Shown here piece by piece: positions 36,924 through 41,050 of a stretch of DNA of 41,050 bases. A program made the position numbers and the translations under genes. The stretch is from Bacteroidota bacterium (GTDB lineage: Bacteria > Bacteroidota > Bacteroidia > Bacteroidales > B18-G4): contig JBDLIJ010000001.1 in assembly GCA_039714935.1 (NCBI GenBank), forward strand, positions 1 to 41,050, in the 5' to 3' direction. Within the stretch, counting starts at the first letter, position 1; the number at the start of each line of letters is the position of its first letter. The notes under the pieces were generated by a model that made no database searches, had not been told where the DNA came from, and was given only the letters and a program-made list of their open reading frames with translations.

Positions 36924-37874
36924 ATGAAAAAATTGACAATTATCCTGACAGCATTATCTCTCATCTTTACCATGAGTATATCTGCTCAGGACCTGAATGA
37001 CGCCGGCAAAGCATACAATAAAGGCATTGGCTTTGCAAAAGAGAATAAAACGATGGAGGCAATCCAATCTTACCAGAAATGTGCAAACATTGCCGGTGAA
37101 CTTGGAGATGTTGGTGAAGGACTTAAGGTGAAAGCGGAAACACAGATCACCAGTCTATACATGAAACTTGGTATTGATGCTTATAAGGCAAAAACATGGG
37201 ACACTGCTATATCACTCTTTGTATTATCATCCGATTATGCTATCACTGCTGGAAAATCTGAAAGCGTGGTGAAAGCTAATAATTACATCGCTACATCCTA
37301 TGCCGCCAGAGGAAATGGCTTGTATAAAGAAAAGAAATATGATGATGCCCTTGCCAGTTTTGAAAAAGCACTGGAATACAATCCTGAATATTTCAAAGCT
37401 TATTATGGTAAAGCCATCTGCTACAATAAAACTGCAAACACTGAAGGATTGGAAGAAGCAGTGAACAAAGTTATTGAGTTGGGTGGAGAAGACAAGACCG
37501 TAGAAAAATCAACCACCATGGCAGCAAAATATTTTCTCAAATTAAGCAATAAAGCTTTACAGGTAGAAAATTACGGAGAAGCAGCTATGATGGCAAAAAA
37601 GTGCATTGAATACAATTACCTTGAAACAACAGCTTATTACATACAGGTTGTTGCTCATAATAATCTTGAGAATTGGGATGAAGCTATAAAAAATGCTGAA
37701 TACGGCCTGAAAACCGAGAAGGATGATAAGTCAAACCTGTATTTTGAACTTGGCCGTGCATATGAAGGGAAAGGGGATGCGACCAAAGCCTGTGAATCAT
37801 ATAAAAATGTTTCCAGTGGTCCCAATGTTGACGCGGCAAATTACCAGCGTAATACCGTTCTGAATTGTAATTAA
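36924..37874 (+). CDS. Secreted TPR-repeat protein
   Basis: It has the signal peptide 'MKKLTIILTALSLIFTMSISAQ'. It also has repeated TPR-like A/Y/G patterns such as 'YDDALASFEKALEYNPEYFKAYYGKA'. Confidence 0.75.
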   Translation: MKKLTIILTALSLIFTMSISAQDLNDAGKAYNKGIGFAKENKTMEAIQSYQKCANIAGELGDVGEGLKVKAETQITSLYMKLGIDAYKAKTWDTAISLFVLSSDYAITAGKSESVVKANNYIATSYAARGNGLYKEKKYDDALASFEKALEYNPEYFKAYYGKAICYNKTANTEGLEEAVNKVIELGGEDKTVEKSTTMAAKYFLKLSNKALQVENYGEAAMMAKKCIEYNYLETTAYYIQVVAHNNLENWDEAIKNAEYGLKTEKDDKSNLYFELGRAYEGKGDATKACESYKNVSSGPNVDAANYQRNTVLNCN

Positions 37875-37895
37875 AGAGATAAACATACTATATAA

Positions 37896-37931
37896 GCCCT
37901 TCATTCCATACCAGGGATGAGGGGCTTTTTT
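37896..37931 (+). terminator. Rho-independent terminator after the TPR gene
   Basis: The stem gcccttcat (37896-37904) pairs with atgaggggc (37917-37925) as 9 bp including one G-U. The loop is 12 nt and is followed by TTTTTT (37926-37931). Confidence 0.7.
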
Positions 37932-37979
37932 GATACCGCCAAAACATCTGAGCCTGTTTCCTGATGCCCAAAATATTCC

Positions 37980-37987
37980 TATATTTG
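37980..37987 (+). promoter_or_regulatory. Possible -7 promoter box (TATATTTG) for the hybrid kinase gene
   Basis: It matches TAnnTTTG and lies 43 nt upstream of the ATG at 38030. Confidence 0.4.
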
Positions 37988-38029
37988 CCCGAACCCGATC
38001 AATAAACCCTGCATACAAATATCTGCTTC

Positions 38030-40891
38030 ATGATCAGAACCTTCTTTTATGCATCGTTTATCCTTTGCTTCTTAACATTAAGTTTTAATGTTTATTCCGG
38101 CGTTCAGAGCCCTGTACCTGAGGATAATGAGCGTAAAATCGCCTTTGCAGGTGACGATTCAGTCTCCGTTCTTATTAACCTCATCGAAGCATATCGCCAT
38201 TCTGATCCTGAAAAAGCCATTGCCGTTGCTGATAGTGCCCTGAATATGATCAGGCGGTCTGAAGAGCCTGGAACAACAGCGGAGATCTTTACACATCTTG
38301 GTCATATATATTTCGAGATGGGCGTATATTATCAAGCCCTTAACTCCTATTCATCTGCTCTGAGCAAATACCTCAACTTTGATAATAAGGTGTATGTAGC
38401 AAGTTGTCTCAATAATATCGGTAGCGTTTATCATCAGCTAAATATGCATGGCCTGGCCCAAAAAAGCTTTGAGCAGGCTGCCAGAATATTTCAGGAATAT
38501 GAATTTATAGTTGGTCTGGCAATGAGCTATAATCATATAGGCAACTCATATTGCGAAATGGGTGAATTTGATATTGCCATGCAATATTATAATGACGTTC
38601 TTGACCTTGACTCCGACAGTATAAGCCCGCAAATCAGGGCCTGTACATACAGCAATATAGGGAAAGTATTTTTATGCCGGGGTGACTATGACCTTTCAAG
38701 GGAATTTAACAACAGGGCAATGGAAATATATAGCCGCCTTGAAAACCAAAAGGCTATTGCTGAAGCCCATGAACACAGTGGAAACATAGCATATCAAAAT
38801 GGAGATCTGATGTCAGCCATGAATGAATATGGCAGCGCCTCAGAGCTTTATAGCAAAATCCAAAACAAAAAAGCGCTTGCTAATTCCTTATTGCTGCAGT
38901 CTGAAATAAAGATAGAATCAGGCAATTACAATGAGGCAATCCAACTTGCAAACGAGGCGATGTCATTTGCTCAGGCCTATCGTTATCGGGATATCATCAA
39001 AAAGGCTTACCTCTTACTTTCGGAATTATATACGCACCTGGATGATATACATACTGCACATGAATACTACTTACATTATAGCCGGGTAAAGGATTCTGTT
39101 TATAGCCAGGAACTTATCAGCAGTATTGCCGAAACAGAGACGATTATTACTTTTCTAAAGTATGAGATAGATATTGATCACTTTGAGGAAAACAAGACCT
39201 ATGAGCTTTATTCGAAGAGGTTTATTATGATCCTTCTTTCCCTTTTATTGCTAACTGTTATTTTAACCATATCCCAGGTAATAAGCCAGCGAAGGGCAAA
39301 CCGTATTCTTGCACATCAACGTAATATCCTAAAGAAAACACTGTCAGAACATCGCATAAGCGAAATGAAGTATAAAGCACTCTTTTCGCAGGCCAATGAT
39401 GCCATCTTTATCATGAATCAGGAAACCTTTGTTGATTGTAATGAGAAAACCCTGGAGATGTTTGCATGCAAGCGGGATGATATTATCGGTCATCCTCCCT
39501 ATACATTTTCACCTGATATACAACCGGATGGTAAAGATTCAAAAGAGAAAGCACTTCAGCTGATCGAAGGCTGTTATAAAGGCGAAGCCCAGCGTTTCTA
39601 CTGGGTACACACACGCAAAGATGGCACCCCCTTTGATGCAGAAGTCAGCCTGAATGTTGTTAAGCTGGAAGGAAGTACATACGTTCAGGCAATTGTAAGA
39701 AACATAAGTGAGCGTGTTCGTGCAGAAAAGGAAATGGTTCAGGCACGTGAAAAAGCCGAAAACGCAACACAGTCAAAGACATTCTTTCTGGCAAAAATGA
39801 GCCATGAAATACGTACGATGCTGGGCGGCATTACCAGCTCATCACAATTATTAAAAGGCACCAAAGTTGATACCCATCAGGAAGAGCTGTTGGGTATTAT
39901 CAACACCTCGGCCGATAATCTTCTTTCTATTGTAAATGAGATCCTTGACCTTTCAAAAATTGAGGCAGGAAAGATAGATGTCGAGTCCCGTCCATTCAAG
40001 CTGCGAAAGGCAATTGAAAATACTGTAAATACATACAAGCAAAAATCAAAAGAAAAAAATATCGCCCTCTATCTCAGCATCCACCCGAAGATACCGGAGT
40101 TTATTATCGGAGATGAACTAAGAATAAAGCAGGTTCTTGCCAACCTTTTATCCAATGCCATTAAATTTACGCAAAAAGGTAATGTTACCTGTGAATTATC
40201 ACTGGTCAAAGAATACGTTAACAGCTATCTAATTGGAATAAAAATATCAGATAGTGGTATTGGTATTCCGGCAAACAAGATCAAGGATATGTTTGCAGAA
40301 TATTCTCAATCAGACGTGTCTATCAGCCGTCAGTATGGTGGGACCGGACTCGGCCTTAATATTGTCTACAAGCTGGTCAACCTTATGAAAGGGACCATTG
40401 AGGTAAGCAGTAAATTAAATGAAGGAACCCAGTTTATCATCAATCTGCCTTTGCAAAAGACTGAAGAAACCCCTGTGGAAGACCCCGGCATATCAAAACT
40501 AAAATTAAACTCTTTAAAAAAGTATAAGATCCTGCTGGCTGAAGATAACATTATTAACAGGAAAGTAACCGTTATTAATCTTGAGAACCTTGGTTATCAC
40601 GTTGACATTGCCAAGGATGGCAATCAAACATGGGACAAATACCGGCAAAAAGGATATGATATCATATTAATGGATATTCATATGCCGGGATTGGATGGCA
40701 TAGAGGTAACACGAATGATCAGAAAGCATGAAAAAAGTCATCCGGGAAAATCCAGAACAAGGATTATTGCGCTCACGGCAAACATTTTAAGTCAGGATGC
40801 AGATTATTGCCTGTCGGAAGGGATGGATGCGTACATTTCCAAGCCTTTCAAGGTAGAAGACATCATTGCCAGCCTGGATTCGGAAGATTAG
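38030..40891 (+). CDS. Hybrid sensor histidine kinase/response regulator with an extracytoplasmic TPR sensor domain and a PAS domain
   Basis: An N-terminal hydrophobic segment is followed by about 330 aa of TPR repeats and a TM ('FIMILLSLLLLTVILTISQVI'). The cytoplasmic part has PAS, the H-box 'MSHEIRT', the N-box 'LLSNAIKFT', G-boxes 'DSGIGI' and 'GGTGLGL', and a receiver ('ILLAEDN', 'LMDIHMPGLDG', 'KPF'). Confidence 0.9.
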   Translation: MIRTFFYASFILCFLTLSFNVYSGVQSPVPEDNERKIAFAGDDSVSVLINLIEAYRHSDPEKAIAVADSALNMIRRSEEPGTTAEIFTHLGHIYFEMGVYYQALNSYSSALSKYLNFDNKVYVASCLNNIGSVYHQLNMHGLAQKSFEQAARIFQEYEFIVGLAMSYNHIGNSYCEMGEFDIAMQYYNDVLDLDSDSISPQIRACTYSNIGKVFLCRGDYDLSREFNNRAMEIYSRLENQKAIAEAHEHSGNIAYQNGDLMSAMNEYGSASELYSKIQNKKALANSLLLQSEIKIESGNYNEAIQLANEAMSFAQAYRYRDIIKKAYLLLSELYTHLDDIHTAHEYYLHYSRVKDSVYSQELISSIAETETIITFLKYEIDIDHFEENKTYELYSKRFIMILLSLLLLTVILTISQVISQRRANRILAHQRNILKKTLSEHRISEMKYKALFSQANDAIFIMNQETFVDCNEKTLEMFACKRDDIIGHPPYTFSPDIQPDGKDSKEKALQLIEGCYKGEAQRFYWVHTRKDGTPFDAEVSLNVVKLEGSTYVQAIVRNISERVRAEKEMVQAREKAENATQSKTFFLAKMSHEIRTMLGGITSSSQLLKGTKVDTHQEELLGIINTSADNLLSIVNEILDLSKIEAGKIDVESRPFKLRKAIENTVNTYKQKSKEKNIALYLSIHPKIPEFIIGDELRIKQVLANLLSNAIKFTQKGNVTCELSLVKEYVNSYLIGIKISDSGIGIPANKIKDMFAEYSQSDVSISRQYGGTGLGLNIVYKLVNLMKGTIEVSSKLNEGTQFIINLPLQKTEETPVEDPGISKLKLNSLKKYKILLAEDNIINRKVTVINLENLGYHVDIAKDGNQTWDKYRQKGYDIILMDIHMPGLDGIEVTRMIRKHEKSHPGKSRTRIIALTANILSQDADYCLSEGMDAYISKPFKVEDIIASLDSED

Positions 40892-40908
40892 CCATTTCCT
40901 TTATAAGG

Positions 40909-41050
40909 CTATCGTTTTATGATCTTCCCACTACTCCTCCCCTGATCTGTTTGAATTACAAGGTAATATATCCCTGCAGGGCAAGTTATCCCGGCTTGAT
41001 TCCGACCATCCCATCTAAGCCTGATATCACCGGCCTTATAAACTCCTTCT
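40909..41050 (-). CDS. 3' end of a gene encoding a T9SS C-terminal sorting domain protein (partial, continues beyond the window)
   Basis: My own reverse-strand translation is EGVYKAGDIRLRWDGRNQAGITCPAGIYYLVIQTDQGRSSGKIIKR*. It shows the 'WDG.N..G....G.Y' and terminal 'K.I.K' pattern of Por_Secre_tail domains. It is too short to appear in the ORF track. Confidence 0.55.
   Translation of the reverse strand, partial: EGVYKAGDIRLRWDGRNQAGITCPAGIYYLVIQTDQGRSSGKIIKR

Noticed and set aside
40892-40920. A hairpin (tagcc...ggcta followed by tcgtttt) as a terminator after the hybrid kinase gene
   Set aside because: The stem is only 5 bp with a 13 nt loop and an interrupted T-run. The region also overlaps the stop codon of the convergent T9SS-CTD gene.

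Overview
This 41 kb window looks like a compact chromosomal segment from an anaerobic Bacteroidota-type bacterium. The indications are T9SS C-terminal sorting domains, TAnnTTTG -7 promoter boxes, long-form IspG and LysS, and the gene content. I support about 38 protein genes, nearly all housekeeping or envelope functions. They include a TetR-controlled TolC/HlyD/ABC-2 efflux operon (YbhGFSR-like) and a Na+-translocating methylmalonyl-CoA decarboxylase operon with its epimerase. Also present are pgk, udk, a YbdL/YafV-like transaminase/omega-amidase pair, trkAH, an LPS-core/O-antigen-ligase cluster, ispG, a PorZ-like T9SS protein, recO, lipBA, lysS and a TPR-sensor hybrid histidine kinase. I saw no rRNA, tRNA, CRISPR, transposase, integrase or phage genes. 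The one clearly non-core element is a small AT-rich gene for a four-helix-bundle protein of the 23S-rRNA-IVS / DGR-Avd family. It is bracketed by inverted arrays of the heptamer TAYTGAG and sits inside the efflux operon, between the ATPase and permease genes. Related heptamer arrays occur at three other intergenic sites. I rate this cassette plus its dispersed heptamer-array family as the best candidate for something poorly described. The rest of the window is ordinary. All family calls come from motif recognition by eye, with no searches run.
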